This document shows, piece by piece, positions 62,784 through 64,000 of a DNA stretch of 64,000 nt. The notes beneath the pieces were generated by a model. The model searched no databases. It was not told the DNA's origin and worked only from the letters and a program-made list of their open reading frames with translations. Origin of the DNA: an uncultured Clostridia bacterium (GTDB lineage: Bacteria; Bacillota; Clostridia; Christensenellales; UBA1242); the NCBI GenBank assembly GCA_944384405.1, contig CALWTH010000041.1, forward strand, positions 65,394 through 129,393, written 5' to 3'. Positions within the stretch are counted from its first letter, which is position 1. Every line of letters begins with the position of its first letter. The position numbers were made by a program, and so were the translations under genes.

Positions 62784-63971
62784 TTACATAACATTACATA
62801 TTCCAAGTCCGCCCATTAGTGAAACGACATAATTGTTATCACATACATACGGCAAAATTGAAAATGAAGTAAAAAGGTCACTGATTTTTGGTAAACTAAA
62901 ACTAAAAACACTTTCATACCTTTTGATTGTCTTCATCATACTTTTCAAATCATCAAGCCTTTTTTGTGTCTGATATAAAAACTCTTCTTTTAAATTATTC
63001 AATCTAACAATTATGTCTTTTTGTGACAAAATATTGTTAAAAAACGCAAAATTGTGCAATTTTTTATAAAAAATGGCGTATTTTTTGATATTTTTTGCTA
63101 TTTTTGGAAAATCAGGTATTTCAAGTTGCTTAATTTTTTTCTGTGAAAAAAGATTTTTATAACACAAAAATAAAAGTTCAGCAGAAAGTAGCATCATCTC
63201 ACCTGCTCCAACTATTTGTCCATTTTGCATATTGATTTTATTCATTATTACATATAAATTGAATAATGAAAGTGAAAATATATCAACATTTTTGAGTTTT
63301 TCTGCAACATCAATCAATATGTCCATAAGTATAAGTTTGTTGTCGCCATCGCCTGTCATTATTCCACAAAGTTCATTTTTTAACTTTTCAATGTCACTAT
63401 TAAGTGGCGCAAGAACAACAGGTTTATCAAGTAATATATGTTCTATTTGCTCATCGCATAAAATTTCGCTAAGTGACATAACAAAATAAACACCTTGTTT
63501 AACCAAAAATTTTGGCGTTGTTTTTATAACATTTTCTTGTATGTAAATCTTTTCTGCCTCATCACACAAAAAACTTCTTGTGCTGTCGTATGGATTGACA
63601 CAAATGTTATTAAAATACGCAATAGTACTGCACGCAGATGGACAAACAAAGTATGGTACGTTAAATATGTTAGCAAAATACTTTGTGACATCGCACGTCT
63701 TTCCAGCACCAAAACATATAAAAAGGTCAAAACTTTCCATTGTTAGTCTTTCACTTAGTGCTTTTAATTCATCTAAACTGTAATTATGTTTTGCAACAAA
63801 ATACTTAAATTCACAACCAGCCATAGAAATTGCACTCATTATTTCAGTTAAATGACTGTTTGTTAGGCTTTTTGTGGTAAAAATAAATACCTTTTTGTTA
63901 TAGTACCTACTTTGCAATTCAAATTTCATATCTTCATAAGCATTTTTTTTGTAAACTATCTTGTCGTCCAT
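62784..63971 (-). CDS. Iron-containing alcohol dehydrogenase-family protein (glycerol-1-phosphate dehydrogenase-like)
   Basis: 395 aa. The FGAGKTCDVTKY motif resembles the GGG-x-x-x-D-x-x-K nucleotide-binding loop of this family. Weak call. Confidence 0.4.
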   Translation of the reverse strand: MDDKIVYKKNAYEDMKFELQSRYYNKKVFIFTTKSLTNSHLTEIMSAISMAGCEFKYFVAKHNYSLDELKALSERLTMESFDLFICFGAGKTCDVTKYFANIFNVPYFVCPSACSTIAYFNNICVNPYDSTRSFLCDEAEKIYIQENVIKTTPKFLVKQGVYFVMSLSEILCDEQIEHILLDKPVVLAPLNSDIEKLKNELCGIMTGDGDNKLILMDILIDVAEKLKNVDIFSLSLFNLYVIMNKINMQNGQIVGAGEMMLLSAELLFLCYKNLFSQKKIKQLEIPDFPKIAKNIKKYAIFYKKLHNFAFFNNILSQKDIIVRLNNLKEEFLYQTQKRLDDLKSMMKTIKRYESVFSFSLPKISDLFTSFSILPYVCDNNYVVSLMGGLGICNVM

Positions 63972-64000
63972 TTTTTACCTCATGACAATGATAGCACAAT

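Noticed and set aside
1-64000. Mollicute-style genetic code 4, suspected because of the very low GC.
   Set aside because: TGA terminates genes at the expected lengths (spmA, the acetyltransferase, cls, the truncated DUF4186). The giant ORFs stay open under the standard code. Sporulation genes argue for a Clostridia-like Firmicute.

Overview
This is a low-GC chromosomal window with GGAGG-type ribosome-binding sites and the standard genetic code (TGA is used as a stop). It most likely comes from an endospore-forming Firmicute: it carries spoIIID with a sigma-E-type promoter, spmA/spmB, ricT/yaaT and a SpoIIQ-like M23 peptidase.

About 64% of the window (40.7 of 64 kb) is three uninterrupted giant minus-strand ORFs. 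One is a 3,769-aa protein with an N-terminal membrane anchor (9484-20793). The other two are an apparently co-transcribed pair of paralogous lipoproteins, 6,628 aa (40814-60700) and about 3,158 aa (31287-40763). The pair is built from Ig-like beta-sandwich stretches and reiterated GLUG-type beta-helix modules. The 6,628-aa protein also has an internal two-helix membrane hairpin. This giant surface-protein system is the main candidate for something new. I could not recognise any enzyme or toxin domain in it by eye.

Between the giants lies an ordinary Firmicute core block: gmk, rsmA/ksgA, tatD/yabD, spmAB, rsmI, yabB-like methyltransferase, ricT and holB. Also present are cls, acpP, an M23 peptidase and an ADH-family gene.

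The left 8 kb is accessory and decayed:
- tRNA-Asn with an adjacent intact tyrosine integrase.
- A glmM operon with a stand-alone GlmU C-terminal acetyltransferase domain.
- A NUDIX gene.
- A graveyard of truncated genes abutting tRNA-Thr: DUF4186, an integrase fragment, a DUF4417 fragment and an HNH fragment.
- Within that graveyard, an orphan RNase-toxin-like module followed by two tandem CPCC cysteine-rich genes.
- Four TTGACACCTA iterons and a 38-nt tRNA-Thr 5' fragment that keeps its promoter.

All family assignments are from reading the translations and hand-folding RNAs. No searches or computations were run.
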